Shown piece by piece: positions 12,012 through 23,921 of a stretch of DNA of 64,000 bases. Position numbers and translations under genes: made by a program. The stretch spans positions 55,180,001-55,244,000 of the forward strand of contig OX597829.1 of NCBI GenBank assembly GCA_951406725.2, in the 5' to 3' direction. Every line of letters begins with the position of its first letter. Within the stretch, counting starts at the first letter, position 1. The notes under the pieces are model-generated. The model did no database searches and had not been told where the DNA came from. It saw only the letters and a list, made by a program, of their open reading frames with translations. The stretch is from Octopus vulgaris. Its lineage: Eukaryota.

Positions 12012-13562
12012 GTGGAGATGATCAACGAGAGCAAGTTGGAGTTCCGCAATGTCAACACAGAGGAACTGGGCCTCTTACTTAGACTGACATATGACAACGA
12101 ATACCTAGATAAACATGATCTTAGTAGTTTCTGCCCCAGTAGCCGTTTAAGAGGTAAACCACCCACAATTACTTCTATGGCTAGGAAGACCCACATAGAG
12201 AGATGGAGCGGATGGACCAGAGCCATATGGACCCCCGCAAATGTCTATCAGGTAAAGAAAATGATCGCACATGCACTAGGAGCTAGTATAAGAGTTACCC
12301 TAAAAGGCCACACGTTTAAGTTTAACAATAAAATATATGCCCAGGACGAGGGGGCAGCCATCGCCGTTAGTATCGCCGGTGATGTGGCCAACCTTTTCAT
12401 GGTATGGTGGGACAGAAGGCTTAAGGAACGCCTGACACAGAACTCCATACTCGTGAACATGTACTCTCGCTATGTTGATGATATCAACATAGTGGTAAAG
12501 GCACCCCCACAAGAGAGTACTGTTGAAATAGAAATAGAAACTAATACTATGGAGAACATCCAGCAAATAGCTAACTCCATCCACCAGAGTATTAAGGTCA
12601 CAATAGACTACCCTACTAAACACCCTAACCATAGACTACCAGTACTAGACACAGAACTCTGGCTAGAAACTGAAAATAATAAAACGCAAATCCTTCATTC
12701 GTACTATGCCAAACCTATGGCCTCGAAATACTTGATCCACAGGAACTCAGCTATCGCGGACAATGCCAAATTCAATATTTTGATGGCAGACCTCGTCAGA
12801 ATAATGCGAAATGTGTCCCGCATGTGCGAGCCTACAGAGTTAAGACACATACAACATTTCGTTCACCGCGTGCAGTTCTCAGAAAGAAAGGATCAGAGTA
12901 TACAAAGGAGCCATGAAGAAATTTGATACTATCTTATGTAATGATAGGAATGGGATTTGCCGACTCTATAGGAGCAAGTCATGGAACACTATGGAAAGGA
13001 CAAAGAAGAAAATAGGGAAGGCTCACTCTTGGTATGATAGCCACAAATACCATGTTCGTCGACACCACCCCTAGAGGTGACCCTAGACAAATTTAAGTTA
13101 AGGATTAAGGTTGTTGAAAAGCCAGGCGACCCTATCAAATCCATAATCGGTAGAACCTACCCTTTTAGTAGAACCCCCTGTACGGATAGGTACTGTACTG
13201 TATGTAGATTTAGCCCACAAACAAACTGTAAAGCCATAAATGTAGTCTATAGTATAAGATATATAGAGGGACGATGCAGTAACAAAACAACGACATATGT
13301 AGGGGAAACGGCACGGAGCATAGGAGAGCGGGTAAATGGACATTGGAGGGAACTTAAGGAAGGAAAGAGCTCATCGGTTCTGTACCAACACGCCGAACAG
13401 GAACACGGGGACTCAATCAACAACATCGAAGTTAAAATCTTGTCCACACATAGAACAGACGTAACAATCAGATAAATTACGGAAGCTACACACATAATAG
13501 AAGATAAACCTAGCCTGAATAGGAAACTGGAATGGAACACTAGCACACACCACAACATATGA
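12012..13562 (+). pseudogene. Frameshifted Penelope RT + GIY-YIG endonuclease ORF
   Basis: YAQDEGAAIA (motif B'), YSRYVDDI (C), LPVLD (E), YAKPMAS; Cys linker PCTDRYCTVC; NVVY...YVGETARSIGERVNGH (GIY-YIG). Confidence 0.9.
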
Positions 13563-14045
13563 CAGAAGAGGATCCCCATAAACTGGTTACAATATAAACA
13601 AAACTGAAAACATAATAAAATAAAATACACAGATAAATAAACAAATGGAAGTAAATAACTAAATACATTTTTTTTAAATTAAAAAAAATTTTTTTATTAT
13701 TTTTTTTACATTATTATTACTAGTATTGTTGTTATACATACATACATACATACAAGCATACGTAATAATAATAATAATAATAATAATGATAATAATGATA
13801 ATAATAATAATAATAAGTGGGTGTAAACACATGAACAAAATAAGAATAAACAAAAACAAAAATAAATTACACGAACGTATATAAACAGAAGATGCAAATA
13901 TTACAGGCATTCCCCCCTCACTAACTAAACATAGACGTACATAGAGATATACGTATGAGCAAATGAAGACACATACAACAGAAATACAAAATGGCTGACG
14001 GTTAGTAAGGAGAGACACACAAATAAGAAAGAAGAAAGCAAAGGA

Positions 14046-14085
14046 CCACTGATGCGGTCACAGGAGTGTGACGAAAGAACTCTGG
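14046..14085 (+). ncRNA. Hammerhead-like motif in the 3' pLTR, variant core CUGAUGC
   Basis: Stem I cca/tgg; stem II gtcac/gtgac; GAAA 14073-14076; stem III AG-aa-CT; CTC site. Confidence 0.6.
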
Positions 14086-14279
14086 CTGAAATAAGATTAA
14101 GATTAATGTAAAAAATAAATAACGCTGAAGCAAAATAACACCAAATATATAGTGCGTGTGTTTTTATTGGCTAAACTTGCAATATGACCATTCCGAAATA
14201 TAACAATATCTGTTTCTACACACGATTTCACATAAAAAATCTTGCACAATAAATATATAAATGTGTGTATATATATATA

Positions 14280-14702
14280 TTCTTTAATTTGTTTCAGTCA
14301 TTTTACTGTGGCCATGCGGGAGCACCGCCTTTAGTCGAGCACACTGATATAAGGACCTATCCTTTGTAAGTTTAATACTTATTCTAGCGGTCTCTTTTGC
14401 GGAACCGATAAGTTACGGGGACGTAAATACACCATCATCGGCTGTCAAGCGATGGTGGGGAGACAAACACAAATATATCTATATATTCTTTTATTCTTTT
14501 TACTCTTTTACTTGTTTCAGTCATTTGACTGTAACCATGCTGGAGCACCGCCTTTAGTCGAGCAAATCGATGCCAGGACTTATTCTTTGTAAGCCTAGTA
14601 CTTATTATATCGGTCTCTCTTGCCGAACCGCTAAGTGACGGGGATGTAAACACACCAGCGTCGGTTGTCAAGAGATGTTGGGGGCACAAACACAGACACA
14701 CA

Positions 14703-14764
<62 letters not shown>

Positions 14765-14906
14765 TTAGGCTTCTTTCAGTTTCCCTCTACCAAATCCACT
14801 CACAAGGCCTTGTCGACCCAAGACACTTGCTGTAGGTGCCGCGCAGTAGGACTGAACCCGGAGCCATGTGGTCGAGAAGCAAGTTACTTACCACACAGCC
14901 ACTCCT
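14280..14906 (-). mobile_element. CORE-like SINE (14485-14906) plus an extra tail-only copy (14280-14470)
   Basis: Homology to 10607-11013. Confidence 0.85.
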
Positions 14907-14954
14907 ATATATTGTTTTGTACTCTAGGTACAAGGCCCAATACTTTTGGGGAGG

Positions 14955-15403
14955 CGGAATTTGAGGTCAGAACGTAGCGGCAGACGAAATACCTATTTCT
15001 TTACAACCCACATGGGCTAAACACAGAGTGGACAAACAAGGACAGACAAGCGGAATAAGTCGATTAGATCGACTCGGCACGCAACTGGTACTTAATTTAT
15101 CAACCCCAAAAGGATGAAAGGCAAAGTCGACCTTGACGGAATTTAAACTCAGAACGTAACAGTAGACGAAAAACCTATTTCTTTACTGCCCACAAGGGGC
15201 TACACACAGAGGGGACAAACAAGGACAGACAAACAGATTAAGTCGATTACATCGACCCCAGTGCGTAATTGGTACTTAATTTATCGACCCCGAAAGGATG
15301 AAAGGCAAAGTCAACCTCGGCGGAATTTGAACTCACAACGTAACGGCAGACGAAATACCGCTAAGCATTTCGCCCGGCGTGCTAACGTTTCCGCCGGCTC
15401 GCC
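14955..15403 (-). mobile_element. Meta-domain tRNA SINE with tandemly duplicated 3' part
   Basis: Minus strand GAGGT(C/T)GACTTTGCCTTTCATCCTTTCGGGGTCGATAAATTAAGTACCA resembles the MetaSINE domain; unit period about 180 bp. Confidence 0.85.
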
Positions 15404-16059
15404 CCTTGCATGTATGTATGTTAGCAGAGAAATGAAACGGCTTCAAAAAATATGATTTAATGTTGTTTTTGCAATGGGAGGTAACTCGAAAAGAAATCCC
15501 GATTCATTTATAAAACACGGGAGGCAATAAATTCAACTGTAGCATGTGGAATACGTTTTTGTAGATAGTGTGGCATTTAAACAGATACGGTTATGTCTAC
15601 AGAACAAGTGTTAAATTATTTATAAATAAGGTCACTGTTAATAAAAACAAACCGTTGATACGGGCAATATACACATAGCATAGCTTGTTTAACGTCATAT
15701 ACATCCTGTTTAAAATCACACTTCCTACTTATCATCACACCTTATACTCCATATGCATACATACATAACATAACATACATATGCATACATACATAACATA
15801 CATAACATACATACACTTCTACGCACACACGCGTACACGCACGCACAGACAGACAGGTAGATAATCCATCCATCCATCCATCCATCCATCCATCCATACA
15901 TACATACATACATACATACATACATACATACATACATACATACATACATACATACGTACGTACGTACGTACATGGTGGCTGCCCCCTCATTATCGAATAT
16001 GGCCATTGCACGAAGCTTAATGTAGTTATCATGCAATGCCTGTGCAAGAAGATTATTTT

Positions 16060-16492
16060 TAAAGCGAGGAAAGGCTGTGCACTGAGTCAATCCCACTCAC
16101 TAAGCAACAGCAGTCATAATCCGAAAAGAAGAACAAGCCAACATCATCGGTAACCACTGAGCCGCAGGTTTTATGTCGGAGTTATCCCAGTTACCTGAGT
16201 TGCCTTCTCCGAGAAGGATGCCCTAACAAAGGCTAGGAGTCCTTCACTCCCAATGGTTTAACCACGCGATCGGGTATTCACTCCGATTATTTCTATGTCC
16301 CCGCGCATGATACATTTATTAGATGGCCGTTGACTCTCAAGAGTTCCTCCGCCCTTTGAGGGGTTTTGTTTTTCATCCAGCAGGGTGTCCAATAAACACC
16401 CTCCTCACCAAGCAAGCCAGTTTAGTCGCCGACAACCCGACCATGCAACAGGTTGTACTGGGTTACATGTTACCAGTAGCACTCGAAAGTGA
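16060..16492 (-). mobile_element. Probable RTE-type 5' UTR or derived non-autonomous fragment
   Basis: Motifs gccttctcc..aaggctag and gagagtcaacggcc recall RTE leaders; recognition from memory only, no coding evidence. Confidence 0.35.
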
Positions 16493-16701
16493 CATACATA
16501 CATACATACATACATACATACATACATACATACATACATACATACATACATCATACATACATACATACATACATACATACATACATACATACATACATAC
16601 ATACATACATACATACATACATACATACATACATACATACATACATACATACATACATACATACATACATACATACATACATACATACATACATACATAC
16701 A

Positions 16702-16736
<35 letters not shown>

Positions 16737-16866
16737 CATACATACATACATACATACATACATACATACATACATACATACATACATACATACATACATA
16801 CATACATACATACATACATACATACATACATACATACATACATACATACATACATACATACATACA

Positions 16867-16900
<34 letters not shown>

Positions 16901-17192
16901 CATACACACACACACACATACATACATACATACATACATACATACATACATACATACATACATACATACATACATACACACATATACATACATACATACA
17001 TACATACATACATACATACATACATACATACATACATACATACATACATACATACATACATACATACATACATACATACATACATACATACATACATACA
17101 TACATACATACATACATACATACATACATACATACATACATACATACATACATACATACATACATACATACATACATACATACATACATACA

Positions 17193-17226
<34 letters not shown>

Positions 17227-17239
17227 ACATACATACATG

Positions 17240-17271
<32 letters not shown>

Positions 17272-17470
17272 ACATACATACATACATACATATATACATA
17301 CATACATACATTCATGCATGCATACAAACATACATGCATACATGTATACATACATGCATACATGCATATAGGCATACATACATGCATATATGCATACATA
17401 CATGCATACATGCGTACATATAGGCAGATAGATACATACATATGTACATACATGCATACAAGCATACATA
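16493..17470. repeat. About 1 kb (TACA)n microsatellite, degenerate at the right end
   Basis: Direct inspection; source of the YIHT/MYVC pseudo-ORFs. Confidence 0.97.
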
Positions 17471-17471
17471 T

Positions 17472-18322
17472 ATGTTTCTTTATTAGCCAAACAGGGTTGA
17501 ACACAGACGGGACAAATTACAAAGTAGAGCTTTTCTTTTTGAGGAGAAAAAAAGTGGGGTGGGGGGTAGGCTTTCGATCAAAAGGGATCGTAAAAAAACG
17601 ATCAATAAGGATCGTGTATCACAGAAATGTCATGATGTAAAGTGTAAAGGCGGAAACAGATAAGGTTTATCCGTGGAAAGAAAAGCCTACGGAAAAGATC
17701 ACGGTAACCTCGGTCATTAATGTTACATGCTAACACATTTCTAAATTTTCTAAATTTTTCCGGTTTCATAGAATTATGCTCATAGGATTATGCTTCGTCA
17801 TCCATACGTGCCATCCTTGCTACTTTCACCCATCTTTTTTTGAAACATTCGCTAGACAAAACTTGCCTCTCTACTCTCACTTTCCTTTTCTAGTGATACT
17901 TGAAGAAGTTGATGAGAGATTGACCTGAGAGGAAAGTGTTTGTCTCCAATCCTTTCAGACGCGTCCACCAGATACATTCTTTCGCCATAGCCACAAGGAT
18001 GATGAAAATAGCTCTTCCTTCCCGTTTGAAGGAAGGAGGCGTGACAATATTGACGATAGACTCAGCTGATAAACCGACTCGTCCCACACGTGACAGCAGT
18101 TGTTCGACATAAGGCCACAGGTCGGAGATTGTTGGACACTGTACGAGTGTGTGCAGAACGGTTTCGTCGCTCTGACCGGATCTCGGGCAGGTCGGCCCCG
18201 AGTTTATCGAGCCGTTTCTGTAGAGCTTATCCCGAACAGGTAGCGCTTCTCGGTAGCACTGCCAAGCCAGGGATCTCTGGAAGTTGTTCGTAGGTCCCGG
18301 CCAGAAAGTCGTCTTGAACAGG
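17472..18322 (-). mobile_element. Tx1/L1-clade LINE 3' end
   Basis: LAWQCYREALPVRDKL..TCPR...ETVLHTLVQC..LW (zf-RVT), IWWTR; 3' UTR ending AATAAAGAAA. Confidence 0.85.
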
Positions 18323-19002
18323 CATACATATAGATAGACAGAGACATACATAAACACATACATACGTACATACGTACATACATACATACATACATACACA
18401 CACACATATATATACATACATACGCACATACATACATACATACATACATACATACATACATACATACATACATACATACATACATACATACATACATACA
18501 TACATACATACATACATACGTAATACATGCATATATACATGCACGCACACACACAGGTACACTTGCATGTACGCACTCACACGCGTACACAGGCACACAT
18601 ATACGCACGTACGTGCGTGCGCACACTCCCCCCATATACACCTCTACGCATACACGCGCATACGCACGCACATACATACACACACATACATACATACATA
18701 TACATGTATGTATATATGTATGTTCAATTTTTTAGTGCTTTCAAATCCAAATTAAGAAATGTTGAGCTGACGAAAGAAATGTCGACTAATCTAGAAACGT
18801 GAGCGTTCTCAAATAATCTTTGTACATGTGATATTTTGCTGCTTTTCCCTCCATATCTACGTGAGTTATTTTTGAGTAAGCACTATCTGGGAGACTTTTC
18901 TTAAAGTAGTAGAAATGGCTAAAAAAACTTTTTGGCTGCTATTTCTAAAAGTTTCAGTATGTGGTAAAGTAAATTATTTTACTGAGCCTTAATTATATAA
19001 CG

Positions 19003-19066
<64 letters not shown>

Positions 19067-19129
19067 ACACACACACACACACATATATATTACACACACA
19101 CACATATAGTCAATTAAAAAAACATAGAG

Positions 19130-19300
19130 AAAAAGAAAAAGAAAAAAAATAAACGTTTGGACGTGGCACAAGCAATGTACTGATGAGGCGCTCAGAGAAC
19201 GAAAAGGGTAGAAGTTTTTCGTTTCGAGCATAGCTCTTCTTCGGAAACAGGAAGAAGCAGGTAAGTCAAGACAAAGGAGGAAAAAGATCAACGTCATTAT
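19130..19300 (-). mobile_element. pLTR-like fragment with decayed hammerhead (19214-19248)
   Basis: Minus strand gttt-CCGAAGA-a-gagc tat gctc-GAAACG-aaaaac; U16.1 lost. Confidence 0.5.
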
Positions 19301-19331
19301 ACACACACTCACACACACACACACACAATGT

Positions 19332-19522
<191 letters not shown>

Positions 19523-20352
19523 CTTTGTATATACCGTGCCAAAGATTATATGTGCTTCTTTGTTTCTCAGCCCTTGTACGATAAACAATAAGGGAGATTA
19601 GTGGAAGTCTTCGTTAATGTACGAAGTAGATTCCTTGAGAAAGCAACAGGTTATCAGCGGACAGTAATATCAGTTCGAAAGAATAGGAAGCGAAATAAAA
19701 AAAGAAATTGTAGGAGGGGGAGAAGAAGAAGAAAAAAAAAGTGGTCGTGGCCTTTATTACAGGCCGTCGTATAGTGGTGAGCTGATGCAGATGATGTCTA
19801 AGTCGAATAGCTTTTAGGCTGGTGTATATATATGTATGTAAAGCGTGGGCAGGGAGGGAATTGCTGAGGGTTGCATGTCTGGGAAGGCTTGGGGGAGGGG
19901 GGGGGGTAGACACAAAGCTGATGATGGGAGGAGAGATGGGTAGATGAAGTACATCGCTGGTGGTGAAGAGAGATGAGACAAAGCGCTTATGTAGAACAGT
20001 GGCGAAATATATAACTGCGAGTGAATCTTTGCTTTATTAGATGAATGACCTGTTTTGTGTGAAGTCTAGAGAATGCTGCTGTGTGTAGCAGCAGCATCGC
20101 CATCTCAGACACGCCTGAAGTACTCGAATGTAGGTCACGTTTGACATTTGCAGAGATCTGCGACAGATCAGAGATAAGGCATAGTATTCAGGGTAGGGTT
20201 TTTGTTAATGTTACTGTTTGTAAGATTGTCATTATAGGTCAGCAGACATAGGGAAGATCATGCATACGCAGTAACATACAAGGTCGGAGGAGTTGAATAA
20301 TAATAATGATGGTAATAATAACAACAACAACAATAACAACAATAACAGTAAT

Positions 20353-20398
<46 letters not shown>

Positions 20399-20636
20399 TT
20401 AATAATGGTAATTTAATATATAAAAGTGAGAGCATTGTTGCAAGATTTCTTGGAAATCTGGTTCGAAGCATCCAGGAGGACATCTGTGTGTGGAAGGTTC
20501 GGTGAACGGTTGTATTTATTTATTGTGTATTACTTATTTGATATATCATTATAAACTTGTTACCTTCTTTAATTTCTTGAGAATAAGTAAGACATCATAT
20601 GTGTGTGTGTGTCTATGTGTGTGCGTAGAGTGAAAG

Positions 20637-20673
<37 letters not shown>

Positions 20674-20701
20674 AAGTTACATATACATACATATATGAAT
20701 A

Positions 20702-20743
<42 letters not shown>

Positions 20744-20744
<1 letters not shown>

Positions 20745-23700
20745 TGGAACTATACCTACCATCACACAAGGCCACCACCAACAACAACAAATGCAGGATG
20801 GCCACCACAAACACCAATATACACGTCACAAAAATATTTCTTCTAAACGTAGGAGGGCTGTTGCGCGGCAACTGTAAAAGGGAAATCTCATTCCTGAGAG
20901 ACCTTACGGCATGCAATCAAGCCCTATGCATGGCACTCATAGAAACACATCTTGGGCCTGATATAGGGGATGCAGAAATAAGCATACCACATGTTGTCAT
21001 ACGCTCAGATAGAAAAGAGAGGAATCATGGTGGAGTTGCAGTGTACATCCGAGATGACCTCACGCCCCAGGTCCTGTTGTCATATTCAAACTCGGTGTGT
21101 GACACTCAAATTGTACACATAAGACAACTGAATATCATCATATGTACTACATATAGCCCACCGGATGCCCCAAATCACACAGGCATGTTTGAAGACTGCC
21201 TAATAAAAACAGAAATTCTCACCAAACTGGAACAACACAACAGTGTATTCTTCATGGATGACTTTAACTTCCCCAATGTGGAATGACCTGGGGGGCAGAT
21301 GCTCCCAGGGATGACACACCATCAGCAAGCTCAGGCGGAGTCCCTGCTCCACCTCACAAATGCCTCTTTCATAGAGCAAACTGTGCTGCAACCAACATGG
21401 GCAAATAATATACTGGATCTCTGCTTCACAAACAATATGGACATTATCCATAATGTTAAAGTGATGCCGACATTGATCTCGGAATTCAACATAATAGAGC
21501 TGTCTGTGTATGGACGAAAAGCCACCGCAGACACACAGCCTATACGAAGCATCCACAATCTCTCCAAACTAAACTTTCATAAAGCAAATTGGAAGTTGAT
21601 TGAGAAAGAGATCCTCAAACAGGGTTGGCCTAAATGTCTTTCCACACCAAACGTTTCATGTCCATAGTACAAGCCATATGCGACAAATATGTCCCAGTGT
21701 GCAGGGCCAGCACACACAAAAACCAGAATTCTTAGAGAAAGGACGATTCTTATGAGACGACGGACAAGGATTGCGAACCGCCTGAGCAAGCACACCAAAA
21801 GTAGTGAGAAGTCTCGCCTAGAGAGAATGCTAATGGAAATTGAGAAAAGTCTGCATCAGTCTCATGAAAAGGAGAGAGCAGATAAAGAAGCTTGGGTAAT
21901 AGAAAATATCAAGTCAAACCCTAAAGCCTTCTTTAAGTTTGCCAAAGAGATGGCCACAGTGCGCCAGAGGATAGGACCTCTCTTCCCAAAAGATGGTTCC
22001 TTTACAGGAAATCCCATGAGGATAAGTGAAATACTGAACGAACAGTTCCAAAGTGTGTTCACTACACCTCTAGGACACAGGCAAATAAACAAACTAGAAG
22101 AATTCTTTGCCACTTTACCTGTAGCCAAAAAGGCAAAAATTGAGTACATCAACATTGAAGATGATGATGTCACACTGGCCATAGATGAGGTTGACACAAA
22201 CTCAGCTGCTGGACCTGATGGATTTCCAGCAATCCTTTTCAAATCGTGCAAACGATCCCTTGCAAAACCGCTACAGCTTTCTTGCAAGTGGTAAGCTCCC
22301 AGTCAAATTGAAAGAAGGGATAATATGCCCTATTCATAAGGGAGGAAGCAGACCAGATGCTAAAAATTATAGGCTTATCTCTCTGACCTCACACATCAGC
22401 AAAGTCATGGAATGAATGGCCCGCAAGAAACTAATCATGTTCCTTGAAGAAAATGACTTGCTGACTGACACCCAGCATGGATTTCGACCGGATAGAAGCT
22501 GTCTAACACAGCTCCTGCAACACTATGACTGGTCGTTAAAACAGCTACTAAATGGCTCAAGTGTGATGTGATATATCTCGACTTTGCAAAAGCCTTTGAT
22601 AAAGTCGACCATTGGATGATCTGTCACAAACTGCATGATCTCGGCATAGGCGGAAAACTTGTAGAGTGGCTGCACAACTTCCTAAAAGATAGAAGACAGG
22701 CAATGGTGGCCAATGGAGCCACCTCCAAGGAAGCACAAATAACAAGTGGTGTTCCACAGAGCACTGTCTTGGGGCCACTGCTGATCATAGTGGCCCTTTC
22801 AGACATGCCCTCAGTTGCTAAGGTGGCCATCCTTGCTAGCTATGCAGATGACGCAAAAGTCTCTCAGACAAAACAAAACCCTGGAAATATTGCACATCTG
22901 CAACGGGAGTTGGATACAATATACAGGTGGGCTGAGGACAACAACATGCAGTTTAATGCAGGGAAGTTCCAAGCCCTGCGCTACCGGCACACAAAGCTGA
23001 ACGACATGCAGACCGGATACACTGGCCCGGGAAAAATTGTAATTCCTGAGTCAAAATCAGTGCGTGACCTGGGCATTGACATGAGCAATGATGCATCTTT
23101 CCAAGTGCATATTACTAATCTGGTGATAAAATGCAGATGGCTAGCTGGATGGATCCTCTGAACTTTCAGAACAAGAGGGAAGGAGACACTGATGGTACTT
23201 TGGAAAACATTCATTCTGTGCCGCTTGGACTACTGCTCCCAACTATGGTTACCACATAATATAAAGTTAACAGCAGAACTCGAAGCAATCCAAAGAAGTT
23301 ACACTAAGAATATCGTCTCAATGCAACATATAAGCTACTAGGAAAGACTGAAAGTATTAAAACTCTTCTCGCCGGAGCGAAGGCGGGAGAGATATGCAGT
23401 GATATACATCCGGAAAATCCCGGAGGGTCTTGTCCCAAATTTAGGCATTGAAAGTTACCCCAACAGCAGAACGGGGTGCCATTGCATGGTGCCAAAAATC
23501 CCAACATCACCATCAAAATACAAGACCAGATGCTGCAACAGCTTGCGTTTCAGGGGACCACATCACTTCAATATCCTTCCTAAATGCCTGAGAGGCCTGC
23601 ATGGTGTGGATGTAGGTTTCTTTAAAACTAAACAGGATCTCTTCTTGTCAGGGGTTCCAGATGAACTTACCTCTTGGCAGGAAACACAAATGCGAACAGC

Positions 23701-23825
23701 TGCGTCGAACTCCCTTGTCGACCAAGTGCCACGTACCAGAGGTGGTTTCACATACTAGTGTAGCACAGTCAACGGTGGTGCCCCAGCATGGCCGCAGCTT
23801 TCGGGCTGAAACATTTAAAAAAAAG
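20744..23825 (+). mobile_element. CR1-like LINE, near-complete ORF2 (AP endonuclease + RT), disrupted
   Basis: LIETHL, RSDR..HGGVAVYI, DDFNFP, ILDLCFTN, AAGPDG, PIHKGG..NYRLISLTS, QHGFRP, YLDFAKAFDKVDH, SGVPQSTVLGP, YADD, RDLGI; many stops and frameshifts; A-rich tail. Confidence 0.95.
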
Positions 23826-23843
23826 TCTTCTGCCAAGAAAAAG

Positions 23844-23918
<75 letters not shown>

Positions 23919-23921
<3 letters not shown>

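Larger units (their letters stand above)
11806..14260 (+). mobile_element. 5'-truncated Penelope-like element with inverted 5' pLTR
   Basis: RT and GIY-YIG ORF remnants; 11806-12013 is an inverted copy of about 13919-14205. Confidence 0.92.

Noticed and set aside
14074-14151. Segment missing from the inverted pLTR as a spliced intron
   Set aside because: The junctions do not fit GT-AG on either strand
16323-17640. Long ORFs of 260-380 aa (YIHT/MYVC), and similar ORFs at 32406-34759 and 35923-36501
   Set aside because: They are translations of stop-free microsatellites in several frames and on both strands, not genes
18765-18810. CTGACGA...GAAACGT hammerhead-like string
   Set aside because: No stem I, weak stem II and G at the cleavage position; too degenerate to call
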